Source: Longimicrobiales bacterium (GTDB lineage: Bacteria; Gemmatimonadota; Gemmatimonadetes; Longimicrobiales; Gaopeijiaceae). From it: DNA of 64,000 nucleotides. Position numbers and translations under genes: made by a program. The stretch's first letter is position 1. The number at the start of each line of letters is the position of its first letter. The notes below the pieces were generated by a model, which saw only the letters and a program-made list of their open reading frames with translations, searched no databases and was not told the DNA's origin. Below, in pieces: positions 20,685 through 30,607 of the stretch. The stretch is taken from NCBI GenBank assembly GCA_965198065.1, contig CBDAON010000004.1:1248001-1312000 (forward strand), written 5' to 3'.

Positions 20685-20843
20685 GCGACCCGCTCGAAGC
20701 CTGTGGGGATGGATCGGCGCGCTTCGGAGCCACCGAAGGTAATCCTCGCCCTGGGAAAGAACCAAGGGCGGAAAGCGCAGGCGCGCGGGGGGCGTTGTAG
20801 GTGGATGGGAGGCGGTGGGCGGGGCGCGCCCACGAGCGGGCGA

Positions 20844-20881
20844 GGCGGCGACCGGTCCCGCGCTAGGGGCCGGTCACCGCC
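20844..20881. terminator. 16-bp GC-rich hairpin, terminator-like
   Basis: GGCGGCGACCGGTCCC-gcgcta-GGGGCCGGTCACCGCC with one mismatch and one wobble; no U-tract. Confidence 0.45.
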
Positions 20882-20974
20882 CGACTACTTCGACATGTCC
20901 CGCGACACGCTCAACGAGCTCGCTGCCGATCAGCCCTCGATTCCGTGCGAGTCCGCGGCGCGCCGCCTCGCCGC

Positions 20975-21115
20975 TCAGGTCCCGAGCGGCTCAATTGCCG
21001 CGATAGGTAGCGACGGGCGGGAGCTGCGCCCCGCGACGCTCTCCATGGCCTGCGCCGCGACCTGCATGGGCGCGAGCGCCGGCACGGCGCCGAACAGTGT
21101 GAGGAGTGCTCGCAT
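20975..21115 (-). CDS. Putative 46-aa signal-peptide-like ORF or gene remnant
   Basis: SD-like AAGGAAGG before ATG; MRALLTLFGAVPALAPMQVAAQ...; too short for the ORF track. Confidence 0.4.
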   Translation of the reverse strand: MRALLTLFGAVPALAPMQVAAQAMESVAGRSSRPSLPIAAIEPLGT

Positions 21116-21251
21116 GGTTCCCTTCCTTATTTCAGGTTGGTGCCAGGTGGCCGGGTAGGGTAGCTACACCTGGGCCAAGCCCGGCGGGGTGTCAAGCGAT
21201 TTCGGGCGAGGTGCCGCACGGGTCGTGAGACTTCGCCACCCCGTCGGTTTG

Positions 21252-22313
21252 CTACCGACCGGCTCGTGGCTCCGTCGCGACCTCGAAGGGATCGAGGCGC
21301 GCGGGCGCCTCCTCGCGTATCCAGGCCATCAGCTGGGCGAACGTGCTCTCCCACTGCTGCCAGAGTCGGTCGAAGTCCGACAGTCGATGGTAGTAGAGGA
21401 TCCTCGCCAGGAAGGTCGCGTTGTTCAGGGGTTGATCGGCGAAGTAGGCGTAGCTCGACGCGCGGAGGGCAGGCTGAACCGAGCGCCGAAACTCCACCTG
21501 CGCCCCCGAGTAGATGCGCTCCCGCTCCACCAGCAACGCGTCGCCCTCGAGGTCTCCTCGTGCGAAGAGCTCCCGGATCCTGGCCTCCAGCGCATCGATG
21601 AACCGGGACACCTCCTTGGCATCCTCCCAGCGGTCCCGGGCGCGTCGGCACCTGACTGTGTCGGGTCCTCCGCCGTCCCGTGTGCAGAAGAACTCGATGG
21701 CAGCGGCGTTTCCTACGAAGCTCGCGTAGGACTCGTTGAACCGGCTCTGTCCAGGTACGTAGAGGTGGTTGTGGGCCAGCTCGTGGAGCACGCTCTCCAC
21801 CAGCCCGACGTCGTCCTCGCGGAGAAGGGTCGAGTAAAGGGGGTCCGCAAACCACCCCAGCGTCGAAAATGCCGGGATCGGGCGGAGGTAGGTGTCGAAT
21901 CCCTCCTCCACGAGCTCTCGCTCCGCGGCCTCGGCCGACTCCACCGAGAAGTAGGCCCGGTAGGGTACCCGTCCCGCGACGGGAAACCACCAGGTCCGGA
22001 ACTCGAGACGGTCGGGATAGGCGGCGGAGAGCACCAGGGCGAGGGTGTCCGATGGAAGTCTGGCGAGGCTCGTGTACGAGTCTCCCGCGTTCTCGAAGCC
22101 GAGCTCGCGGATGGCGAACGCCCTCGCATCCCACACGAGGCGAAGCCGCGCGCGGGTGACGGCGTCTACCGTCGTGTCGGCCATGACGTCTACGAGGGGA
22201 ACTCTGGACGAAAGAATTCGGGCCTGCGCCCACCCGGCGCGGGCCACATAAACCGGATTGCACGCGCCTACCAAGAAGAGCGTGGGGACCAGGACGGCGA
22301 CCGTCTTTCGCAT
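21252..22313 (-). CDS. Predicted zinc aminopeptidase lipoprotein (DUF2265-like)
   Basis: SD GGAGGAG, lipobox VGAC, STLGWFADP, HELAH followed by NESYA. Confidence 0.85.
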   Translation of the reverse strand: MRKTVAVLVPTLFLVGACNPVYVARAGWAQARILSSRVPLVDVMADTTVDAVTRARLRLVWDARAFAIRELGFENAGDSYTSLARLPSDTLALVLSAAYPDRLEFRTWWFPVAGRVPYRAYFSVESAEAAERELVEEGFDTYLRPIPAFSTLGWFADPLYSTLLREDDVGLVESVLHELAHNHLYVPGQSRFNESYASFVGNAAAIEFFCTRDGGGPDTVRCRRARDRWEDAKEVSRFIDALEARIRELFARGDLEGDALLVERERIYSGAQVEFRRSVQPALRASSYAYFADQPLNNATFLARILYYHRLSDFDRLWQQWESTFAQLMAWIREEAPARLDPFEVATEPRAGR

Positions 22314-22507
22314 CGTGCCCCTCCTCCGTGCATGCAGCCGGGCTCGGGGTTTGTGCACGCGGCTGAACTGCCGGACGATCGCCGAACTGTCGGACGATCG
22401 CAGTACGTGAAGCCCCACGAACGCAACGCACAAGGGGCGAGGGCGGCCGTCCTCGGGCGGTGCGGCCGGCTTGAAGCCGGCTACGGGCCCCGTTCTATTT
22501 GTGCGCC

Positions 22508-23881
22508 ATGCCAATGCTCGACCGGGCCTACGGCCTCTCCGTCCGGTTGCTCCGATCGATTGCGCCATTTTTTGATCAGGGGGAGTCCAAGCTGGCCCGC
22601 GGGCTCCGGGCCAGGGTGCGGGCCGACTCGCTCCTCCGCGAGTGGGGGAGCGTCTATCGGGATCGGGAGCGGCCCCTCGTATGGGTTCACGCGCCGTCGG
22701 TCGGGGAGGGGCTCCAGGCGCGGGCGATCCTGGACGTGCTCCGGGCCCGGCGCCCGGACCTCCAGACCGCTTTCACGTTCTTCTCGCCCTCCGCGCTGGA
22801 GCTGGCGCGAAAGATGCCCGTGCACGTGGCGGGCTTCCTCCCGTGGGACGTGCCGTCGGAGATGGAGGCGCTCGTGGGCTCCCTCGACACCGGGCTCGTC
22901 GCGTTCACGAAGACCGAGGTCTGGCCCGGACTGGCCAACGCCGCCGCCACCCGAGGGGTTCCTGCGGTTCTCATGGCGGCGACGCTGCCCGCGCAGGCGG
23001 GTCGACTGAGTCCCCTGGGCCGGCTCCTTCTGGGACCCACTTTTCGGTTGCTCACGCAGGTCCTGGCCGTGTCGGAGGCGGACGGACAGCGATTCCTGAG
23101 ACTCGGAGTGGCCGAGGAGAAGATCCTGGTCACGGGCGACCCGGGCGTGGACTCGGCGTGGCGAAGAGCCAGGGAGGTGAACCCACGGGCTCTCTATCTC
23201 TCCCCGTTCGTCGAGGATCGGCGGCCCACGGTCGTAGCCGGCTCCACCTGGGGAGAGGACGAGGCCGTACTGGTGCCGGCCCTGGCCGAGCTCAGGCGCG
23301 GGCTCGACAAGCTCAGGGTTGTGATTGCGCCGCACGAGCCGCACCCGGACCACGTGACCCGGCTCGTGGGCGCGCTCCAGGCGGCCGGCTTCCGAACGGA
23401 GCTACTCAGAGACGTGGAGGCTCGCGGCAGGGCCGGAGACGCGGACGCCGTCGTGGTCGACCGCGTGGGCGTGCTGGCTCACCTGTACACCGTGGGGGAC
23501 GTTGCGTACGTCGGGGGAGGGTTCGGCAAGAACGGCCTCCACTCCGTCCTCGAGCCCGCGGCGGCGGGGATTCCGGTCCTGTTCGGGCCGCGGCACGGCA
23601 ACGCTCCTTCTGCGGAAGATCTGAAACAGGTCGGGGCGGCCCGCGTCGTCTCCGACAGCGCGGGAGTGACCGGGATCCTTGAGTCCTGGCTCCGCGATCG
23701 AAGGCAGCTCGAGGAAGCCGCCGGGAGGGCTTCCGGGTATATTGAAGGGCACCGGGGGGCGGCCGGCAGGACGGCGGACGCGCTCACGGGTCTTCTTCCC
23801 GCCCAGAGGGAGCGGAGCGTTGACGGAGCCGATGTCGAGCGGGGAGAGCATCCCCGAGATCACTCCGACGGAGCTGCGTGA
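22508..23881 (+). CDS. waaA: 3-deoxy-D-manno-octulosonic acid (Kdo) transferase
   Basis: WVHAPSVGE, LPWD, TEVWP, AGSTW, IAPHEP, YVGGGF, HSVLEPA. Confidence 0.9.
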   Translation: MPMLDRAYGLSVRLLRSIAPFFDQGESKLARGLRARVRADSLLREWGSVYRDRERPLVWVHAPSVGEGLQARAILDVLRARRPDLQTAFTFFSPSALELARKMPVHVAGFLPWDVPSEMEALVGSLDTGLVAFTKTEVWPGLANAAATRGVPAVLMAATLPAQAGRLSPLGRLLLGPTFRLLTQVLAVSEADGQRFLRLGVAEEKILVTGDPGVDSAWRRAREVNPRALYLSPFVEDRRPTVVAGSTWGEDEAVLVPALAELRRGLDKLRVVIAPHEPHPDHVTRLVGALQAAGFRTELLRDVEARGRAGDADAVVVDRVGVLAHLYTVGDVAYVGGGFGKNGLHSVLEPAAAGIPVLFGPRHGNAPSAEDLKQVGAARVVSDSAGVTGILESWLRDRRQLEEAAGRASGYIEGHRGAAGRTADALTGLLPAQRERSVDGADVERGEHPRDHSDGAA

Positions 23882-24173
23882 CCGGATAGAGCGAGGCGAC
23901 CGGGTGGTCCTGGTAGACGTGCGTGAGCATTACGAGCGCCAGATCGCGGACCTGCCTGACTGGGGGCAGCTACGGATTCCGGTGGGCGAGCTGTTCGACC
24001 GGCTCTCGGAGCTGGATGCCGAGCAGGAGACCGTGCTCTACTGCCGTTCGGGATCGCGAAGCGGATGGGCGACTGGTCACCTCGCCGCGCGCGAATACGG
24101 CAAGGTCTGGAACCTGAAGGGCGGGCTCCTCGCCTGGAAGGCCGAGGTGGATCCTTCGATCCAGGCCTATTGA
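23832..24173 (+). CDS. Rhodanese-like domain protein
   Basis: LVDVRE, YCRSGSRS, NLKGGLLAW..EVDPS; ATG at 23832. Confidence 0.88.
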   Translation: MSSGESIPEITPTELRDRIERGDRVVLVDVREHYERQIADLPDWGQLRIPVGELFDRLSELDAEQETVLYCRSGSRSGWATGHLAAREYGKVWNLKGGLLAWKAEVDPSIQAY

Positions 24174-24300
24174 GCGGGACGCCGATCGACCTCTTCGCGC
24201 TAATCGATGGTGTAGCCCAGCACCACCTTTTCGATCCGAGGCGCTTTCCCCTGGGCGAGGTGCTGGGGAGCCTGGTGGCGAGAGACACGCCACCCGAGGG

Positions 24301-26115
24301 TCAAACCCCTACGGGGCTCGGCGCGAACTGAAGCTCGTAGAGTCGGGCGTAGAGACCGCCATGATCTAGGAGCTCCCGGTGGCTCCCCTCCTCGACGAGC
24401 TCCCCGTGGTGAAGCACGAGGATGCGATCGGACCCCTGGACCGTGGAGAGCCGGTGGGCGATGATTACGGACGTCCGCCCCTTCATGAGCCGGACCGTCG
24501 CCTCGCTGATCCGCGCCTCGATCTCGGAATCCACCGAGCTCGTCGCCTCGTCCAGCACCAGAATCCTGGGGTTGAACGCCAGAGCGCGCGCGAAGGACAC
24601 GAGCTGGCGCTCTCCTACCGATAGCGACAGGCCCCGTTCTCCAAGAGGCTGATCGTATCCTTTCGGCAGCCGAGCCACGATCGCGTCCGCGCCAACGTAC
24701 TCGGCGGCAGCCCTCATCGCCTCCTCGGAGATCCCCTCGTTTCCGAGCCGAACGTTGTAGCCGACGTCCTCGGAGAAGAGGAAGATGTCCTGGAGCACGA
24801 GGCCGATCGCGGAGCGGAGCTCCCGCTGCGCGAGCTGCCGGACCGGGACGCCGTCGACCAGGATGTCGCCTCGTTGCGGGTCGTAGAACCGCATGAGCAG
24901 GTTGATCATCGTGGTCTTCCCAGAGCCCGTGTGCCCCACGATCGCGACTTTCTCCCCCGCGGCCACGCGGAAGGACACGCCCTTCAGGACCCAGTTGGGC
25001 TCCTTCGACTCGTCGCGGTCATACGCGAACCAGACGTCACGGAACTCCACCTCGCCGCGAATCGGCGTGGGCAACCTGGCCGGAGACACGGGGTCGCGCA
25101 CCGCCGGCTCCTGGTCCAGGAGCTTGAAGATCCGCTCCGAGGACGCCATGGCGGACTGGAGCAGGTTGTACTTCTCCGAGAGGTCCTGGATCGGGCGGAA
25201 GAAGCGCCGCGCATAGAGGAGGAAGGCGGTGACGATGCCCACGGTGGTCGCGCCGGCCAGGACTTGGGATCCGCCGTACCAGAGGATCAGCGCCAGGGAG
25301 ACGGCCGAGAAGACCTCGATGACCGGAAAGAAGAGGGCGTAATAGTGAATAGAGCGCAGATGGGCCTCGAGGTAGTCCTGATTCACCTCGTTCATCCTCC
25401 GCGCGTCGGGACCCTCGCGATTGAAGAGTTGCACAACCCGAATGCCGGTGATGCGCTCGTGAAGGAACGCGTTCATGCAGGCCGTGCGCACGCGGATGTC
25501 CCGGTACGCATTCCGGATGCGCGAGCGGAAGAACGCCGCCACCCACATGACCAACGGGATGACGGCGAAGGCGACGAGCGCGAGCTCCCAGTCCATGATC
25601 ACCATCGCCGACACGATGAACACGAGGGTGAAGAGATCGCCGAAGATCGCGACCACGCCGGAGCTGAACAGCTCGTTCAGCGTCTCCACATCGGAGGTGA
25701 TCCGCGTCATGAGTCGTCCCACGGGCGTTCGATCGTAGAAGCGGAGGTCGAGACGCTGGAGGCGATCGAAGATCTGGGCTCGCAGGTCGTACATGACCCT
25801 CTGGCCCAGCCACGTCGTGGCGACGGACTGCCCGTACTCGAGCCCGAAGGTGAGGAACGCCGTGGCGAAATAGGCGGCCGCGAGAAGAGCCAGGAGGTTT
25901 GGGTTCCCCTCGGGCACGGCGATGTCCAGGGCCAGCTGCACGAGCCAGGGGCCCACGGCCTGGAGCGCCGCGGCCGAGACGAGGAGGGCGACCGCCCCCG
26001 CCACCTTCCACCGGTACGGGCGGAGGTACCGGAGGAGCCGGCGCATGAGCCGCGCGTCGTAGCCCTTGCCCAGGGCCTCCTCTTCCAGAATTTGCCCGAC
26101 GGACGGGTGCGTCAT
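24301..26115 (-). CDS. ABC exporter, TMD-NBD half transporter (MdlB/TM288-like)
   Basis: Six-TM domain, Walker A GHTGSGKT, signature LSVGERQ, LDEATSSVD, IAHRLST. Confidence 0.92.
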   Translation of the reverse strand: MTHPSVGQILEEEALGKGYDARLMRRLLRYLRPYRWKVAGAVALLVSAAALQAVGPWLVQLALDIAVPEGNPNLLALLAAAYFATAFLTFGLEYGQSVATTWLGQRVMYDLRAQIFDRLQRLDLRFYDRTPVGRLMTRITSDVETLNELFSSGVVAIFGDLFTLVFIVSAMVIMDWELALVAFAVIPLVMWVAAFFRSRIRNAYRDIRVRTACMNAFLHERITGIRVVQLFNREGPDARRMNEVNQDYLEAHLRSIHYYALFFPVIEVFSAVSLALILWYGGSQVLAGATTVGIVTAFLLYARRFFRPIQDLSEKYNLLQSAMASSERIFKLLDQEPAVRDPVSPARLPTPIRGEVEFRDVWFAYDRDESKEPNWVLKGVSFRVAAGEKVAIVGHTGSGKTTMINLLMRFYDPQRGDILVDGVPVRQLAQRELRSAIGLVLQDIFLFSEDVGYNVRLGNEGISEEAMRAAAEYVGADAIVARLPKGYDQPLGERGLSLSVGERQLVSFARALAFNPRILVLDEATSSVDSEIEARISEATVRLMKGRTSVIIAHRLSTVQGSDRILVLHHGELVEEGSHRELLDHGGLYARLYELQFAPSPVGV

Positions 26116-26116
26116 C

Positions 26117-26803
26117 TCATCGCCTGCGCTGGAGCAGCTCCCGCTCCACGTCTTCCCACGAGGCCCCGGCCCCCTTCAGGGCCACGAGCAGGTGATAGAT
26201 CAGGTCGGCCGCCTCCCGGTGAGCCGAGCTCCCGCCGCGTGCGAGCTCGCTGACGAGCTCGGCCACCTCCTCCCCTAGCTTCTTCAGGCGGAGGTTCTCG
26301 TCGTCGAGGAGGCGGGTCGTGTAGCTTCCCTCGGGGCGCTGGACGGCCCGCTCTTCGATGACCCGCCATAGATCGACGAGCACGGGAGTGCCCGCCCTCC
26401 CCTTTCCGCCGCCGTCGTCCGGCCCGGGGCCGGTGCGGGGAGCCCCGGGGACCGCCCCCAACCCGAAGCAGGCGGGCTCCCCGGTATGGCACGCGGGTCC
26501 CGCAGGCGTCACCAGGGCCAGCACCGTGTCCCCGTCGCAGTCCGCGTGGATGGAGACCACGGCCTGGGTGTTCCCCGAGGTCTCTCCCTTCTTCCAGAGC
26601 GCGTTTCGCGAGCGGGACCAGTAATGCATGGTCCCGGTCGCGAGCGTCGTCTCGAGCGCCGCCCGGGTCGCCCATGCGAGCATGAGCACGTGGCCGGTCC
26701 CCGCGTTCTGCACGACCACGGGGAGGAGCCCGCGCGCATCGAACGCGAGGGCGTCCAAATCAGACGCGTCCTGGATTCTCCGGTCGGTGGACGGTGGTGT
26801 CAC
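26117..26803 (-). CDS. hisIE: Bifunctional PR-AMP cyclohydrolase / PR-ATP pyrophosphatase
   Basis: [35 protein letters not shown] 26803 overlaps the hisF stop. Confidence 0.93.
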   Translation of the reverse strand: MTPPSTDRRIQDASDLDALAFDARGLLPVVVQNAGTGHVLMLAWATRAALETTLATGTMHYWSRSRNALWKKGETSGNTQAVVSIHADCDGDTVLALVTPAGPACHTGEPACFGLGAVPGAPRTGPGPDDGGGKGRAGTPVLVDLWRVIEERAVQRPEGSYTTRLLDDENLRLKKLGEEVAELVSELARGGSSAHREAADLIYHLLVALKGAGASWEDVERELLQRRR

Positions 26804-27585
26804 TGGGAGGTCCCGGTAAGGGGCGGCGGCGGCGCCCGAACGGGAATCCCCCATGCGGCGAGCCGCTCCTTCAGGTCACGCACTGTCGTGAGGCCGTCGT
26901 GCAGGATGCCCGCGAGGAGCACCGCCGAGGCGCCCCCCTCCGTGAAGCCGTCCCGGAGGTGCTCGGGGGTGCCCGCGCCGCCCGAGGCGATGACGGGCAC
27001 GCTCACGGCCTCGGCCACCGCCTGGGTGAGCTCAAGATCGTATCCCGAGCGTACGCCGTCGCGGTCGATCGAGGTAAGGAGCACTTCCCCAGCACCGCGC
27101 TCCACGCACTCCCGCGCCCAGCTCACAGCGTCGAGGTCCGTCCGCCGCCGTCCCCCGAGCGTGTGGTGGTACCAGCCCTCTCCGTCCCGGGCCGCATCGA
27201 TCGAGATGACGACACACTGGCTCCCGAAGCGGTCGGCGCCCCTCGTCAGGACATCGGGATCGCGCACGGCCCCCGAGTTCACGCTCACCTTGTCCGCGCC
27301 GGCTCGGAGCAGGGCGTCCATGTCCTCGACGGCGCGAACGCCACCACCCACCGTGAGCGGAACGAAGAGGACTTCGGCCGTTCGTCGCACGGTCTCGAGG
27401 AGCGTTCCCCGTCCTTCGTGCGAGGCCGAGATGTCCAGGAACACAACTTCGTCGGCGCCCTCACCCTCGTAGCGGCGAGCGAGCTCGACGGGGTCTCCCA
27501 CGTCCCGGAGCTCCTTGAACCTGGTGCCCTTCACGACACGGCCGTCGTGCACGTCCAGGCAGACGATGATGCGGGGCCGGAGCAC
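26800..27585 (-). CDS. hisF: Imidazole glycerol phosphate synthase cyclase subunit
   Basis: [42 protein letters not shown]. Confidence 0.95.
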   Translation of the reverse strand: MLRPRIIVCLDVHDGRVVKGTRFKELRDVGDPVELARRYEGEGADEVVFLDISASHEGRGTLLETVRRTAEVLFVPLTVGGGVRAVEDMDALLRAGADKVSVNSGAVRDPDVLTRGADRFGSQCVVISIDAARDGEGWYHHTLGGRRRTDLDAVSWARECVERGAGEVLLTSIDRDGVRSGYDLELTQAVAEAVSVPVIASGGAGTPEHLRDGFTEGGASAVLLAGILHDGLTTVRDLKERLAAWGIPVRAPPPPLTGTSQ

Positions 27586-27589
27586 GAGT

Positions 27590-28192
27590 TCAGTTTTCCT
27601 CCCGCCCGGTCCTGGGCGGGGCGCCCTTCGGGGAGTCGGTGGGCCCCGCCGCCGCCTTCCCTTCACGCACCGTGACGGCGCCCTTCGTGGAAAAGACCTC
27701 GTCCCCCACGCGTAGGGCCTGACGGAGCGCGAGCCCCGTCGCCTTAACGGCGGCTTCCACGACGTGGTGGCGATCCCTTCCCCGGAGCACCCGAACGTGG
27801 AGCGTGGCTCCCAGGTTCATCGCGAACGAGCGAAGGAGGTGCTCGTAGAGCGTAGACGGGAGGCGGCCCTCGTAATGGGCTCTCCCACCCACGTCGATCG
27901 CGGCCTGGACGAGCGCCTCGTCCATGGGGACAAGGGCCCAACCGTACCGCTCCGCCTTGGCAGGAAGGTCGCGGGACAGCGCCGATCCGAGGGTGATCGC
28001 GGCGTCCTCGACCAGGTGGTGCCGAAGGTCTCCCGTGCCCTCCATCTCGAGCCCGAGATCCCCGTAACGCGCCAGGGTCTCGATCATGTGATCGAGGAAG
28101 GCGTCGCCCGTCGAGACCTCGACGGGGCCCCTGCCGATCCTCACATCCGCCATGATTCGCGTTTCCTTGGTCTCCCTCTCGATTCGGCTCAT
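27590..28192 (-). CDS. hisB: Imidazoleglycerol-phosphate dehydratase (monofunctional)
   Basis: RETKET, FLDHM, HHLVED, PMDEAL, HHVVEA, STKG. Confidence 0.93.
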   Translation of the reverse strand: MSRIERETKETRIMADVRIGRGPVEVSTGDAFLDHMIETLARYGDLGLEMEGTGDLRHHLVEDAAITLGSALSRDLPAKAERYGWALVPMDEALVQAAIDVGGRAHYEGRLPSTLYEHLLRSFAMNLGATLHVRVLRGRDRHHVVEAAVKATGLALRQALRVGDEVFSTKGAVTVREGKAAAGPTDSPKGAPPRTGREEN

Positions 28193-28902
28193 CCTCCGAA
28201 CTCCTCCGCGACCTCGTCCGCGTCTAGGATTCCCGTGTAGAGCGCCATCCCGAGCACGGCGCCGGCGGCGCCCCGATCCCTGAGGAAGCGCAACTCGTCA
28301 ATCGTCGTGACGCCACCCGAGATCCAGACCGGGTGTGGTGAAGCCGCGAGGACCTGGTCGACCCCGCCCCGGTCGATACCCTCCGCCCTGCCCTCCCGCC
28401 CGACGTCCGTCCATAGCACCCCGGCGAGCGGAAGCGTCCCGATGTCCTCGAGGAAGGCCTCCACGTCCAGGGACGTCTCCTCGGTCCACCCTCGTCGAAG
28501 AACCCTCCCGGCCCGCGCGTCAGCGGCCAGGATCACCGTGTCCGGGAAGCGGCCCGCGATCTCTCTTCGCCAGGCGGGATCGTCGATTGCTCGGGTGCCC
28601 AGGATGATTCGATCCACTCCGGCCCCGATGAGGACCCTGGCCCGATCGGTGTCCCGGATCCCGCCTCCCACCTGGATCTCCCCGGGCGCGTCCCGCGCGA
28701 TCCGGGACACGAGATCCAGGTTTCCGCCTCTGTCGAGCGCCGCGTCCAGATCCACCACGTGAAGCACGCGAAACCCACGGTCCCGCCAGCCACGGGCGAC
28801 ACCCACCGGGTCCGGAAGGGAGACCCGCTCGTCCTCGGGTCGTCCCCCGACGAGCTGGACGCAGCGTCCGTCCTTGAGATCCACGGCGGGCGCGGCAATC
28901 AT
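28189..28902 (-). CDS. hisA: ProFAR isomerase
   Basis: PAVDLKDGRCVQL, HVVDLDAA, QVGGGIR, TDVGREG, SGG. Confidence 0.9.
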   Translation of the reverse strand: MIAAPAVDLKDGRCVQLVGGRPEDERVSLPDPVGVARGWRDRGFRVLHVVDLDAALDRGGNLDLVSRIARDAPGEIQVGGGIRDTDRARVLIGAGVDRIILGTRAIDDPAWRREIAGRFPDTVILAADARAGRVLRRGWTEETSLDVEAFLEDIGTLPLAGVLWTDVGREGRAEGIDRGGVDQVLAASPHPVWISGGVTTIDELRFLRDRGAAGAVLGMALYTGILDADEVAEEFGG

Positions 28903-29504
28903 CCCCCCACCTCCCGCACGAAGTTGGCGAGCACCCGGAGCCCGGCTGCGGAGCTCTTCTCCGGGTGGAACTGGAAGCCCCAGGTCCGACCCTTTCGCAC
29001 GGCAGCGGCGAACGTCTCTCCCTCGTAGCTGGATCGGGCGATCACCGAATCGGCTTCGGCCTCATCCACCTCGCACACGAACGAGTTCGCGTAGTAGGCG
29101 GGAAAGGTGCCGATCCCACGGAGCGCGGGATCCGACCCTCCCTCCACGTCGTTCCACCCCATCTGGGGGACGGTTCGGGCGCGGAGCCTCCGGACCTTCC
29201 CGGAAAGAAGCCCGATCCCGGCGCCCGGGGCCTCCTCGCTCTCCGGGAAGAGGAGCTGCATCCCCAGGCAGATCCCGAGGCACGGGAGTCCCGCGTCCAG
29301 CGCCTCACGCACCCGCTCGCGCTCTCCCCCCAGGCCGCGGACGGCGGATCCAAACGAGCCCACGCCCGGAAGGACCAGACCGTCCCGGTCCAGGGCTTCC
29401 CTCCAGTCCGAGGTTACGGTGACCCGGGCCCCGCCCCGCTCGAGTCCCTTCCCGAGCGAATGCAGGTTTCCCGCACCGTAGTCGAAGAGCGCGAGATGGA
29501 TCAT
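28899..29504 (-). CDS. hisH: Imidazole glycerol phosphate synthase glutaminase subunit
   Basis: ATG 29504 (ATGA overlap); DYGAGNL, LPGVG, GICLGMQ, QFHPEKS. Confidence 0.95.
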   Translation of the reverse strand: MIHLALFDYGAGNLHSLGKGLERGGARVTVTSDWREALDRDGLVLPGVGSFGSAVRGLGGERERVREALDAGLPCLGICLGMQLLFPESEEAPGAGIGLLSGKVRRLRARTVPQMGWNDVEGGSDPALRGIGTFPAYYANSFVCEVDEAEADSVIARSSYEGETFAAAVRKGRTWGFQFHPEKSSAAGLRVLANFVREVGG

Positions 29505-30607
29505 AGGGGGGCCTCGTCGCGCAGGGGGCGCTCGGGGGCCTCGTTGGCGAAGGAGCGCTCGGCGAGCACCTCGTCCAGTGCCCGGAGGAAACGGTCGGTC
29601 TCGCGCCGTGGGCCCACCGAGACCCGAACGGCGTCGCCGATCCTGGGAAGGCCGGGGAACGGCCGCACCCCGACCCCTCGCTCGCTCAGCCCGGCCGTCA
29701 CGCCGGGCACGGTCCCTTCCGGGACCGGGAGGAGGAGGAAGTTGGCCTGGGACGGGATGGGGACGAGTCCCCGTGCTTCTAGCTCTCGGCGGAGTCGGTC
29801 CCGCTCCTCCCTGACCTTGGCGACGATCGCCGGCACCCAACCCTCCCGGTCCTCGAGGGCGACCAGTGCGGCTCCCTCGGCTGCTCGGCCCACCTTGTAC
29901 GGGCCCCTCGACTTCTCCACCTCGGCGATCACGCCCGCCGGCCCGACCGCGAAACCCACGCGCAGCCCGGCGAGCCCGTAAGCCTTGGAAAACGTCCGGA
30001 CCACGAGGAGGCGGTGTGAAGCTGCCGCCTCGCGAAGGAAGTCGTCGTCCGCGAAATCGGCATACGCCTCGTCGAGCAGGATGATCGGGCCTTCGGGGTC
30101 GGCTGCCTCGACCAGGCCCTCGACCCAGGCACGGGGCGCTGCCTCCCCCGTGGGGTTGTTGGGACGACAGACATACACGACGGCGGCGCGACGTTCGACG
30201 AGGGCCCCGGGTTCCGCGGCCGCCTCCATGGGTACCGGGTCCGGATCGAGCCCGCTCGCGCGGGCGAACACCTCCACCATCGAAAAGGTCGGCGGGAGGT
30301 ACGCCACCCGCTCGCCACCGTCCCCTGCGGCCCGGAAGATCGAGTCGAGGAGGTCGTCCGAGCCGCACCCCGTGACCACGGACTCCTCAGGTACATCGAA
30401 CCGTCGGGCGATCGCCCCGCGGAGCCCATCGGCGTACACGGAAGGGTAACGGACCAGATCCTCCTCGCGGGCGGCCCTGAGGGCACGGAGTGCTCCGGGG
30501 TGGGGTCCCCAGCGGTTCGTGTTGTCCGAGAGGTCCACCTCGACCGGCCGCCGGTCTGGGGCGTAGCGGGCGATACGCCGGTAGGGCTCGCGAGGGAACG
30601 GGCTCAT
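29501..30607 (-). CDS. hisC: Histidinol-phosphate aminotransferase
   Basis: GSDD, PNNPTG, DEAY, RTFSKAYGLAGLRVG. Confidence 0.93.
   Translation of the reverse strand: MSPFPREPYRRIARYAPDRRPVEVDLSDNTNRWGPHPGALRALRAAREEDLVRYPSVYADGLRGAIARRFDVPEESVVTGCGSDDLLDSIFRAAGDGGERVAYLPPTFSMVEVFARASGLDPDPVPMEAAAEPGALVERRAAVVYVCRPNNPTGEAAPRAWVEGLVEAADPEGPIILLDEAYADFADDDFLREAAASHRLLVVRTFSKAYGLAGLRVGFAVGPAGVIAEVEKSRGPYKVGRAAEGAALVALEDREGWVPAIVAKVREERDRLRRELEARGLVPIPSQANFLLLPVPEGTVPGVTAGLSERGVGVRPFPGLPRIGDAVRVSVGPRRETDRFLRALDEVLAERSFANEAPERPLRDEAPL

Noticed and set aside
28899..30368. Apparent 489-aa HisH with a long N-terminal extension; similar extensions on mrpB, metG, DUF402, hisD and leuS
   Set aside because: The extensions overlap upstream genes or lack family similarity; true starts are at ATGA/GTGA overlaps or downstream start codons
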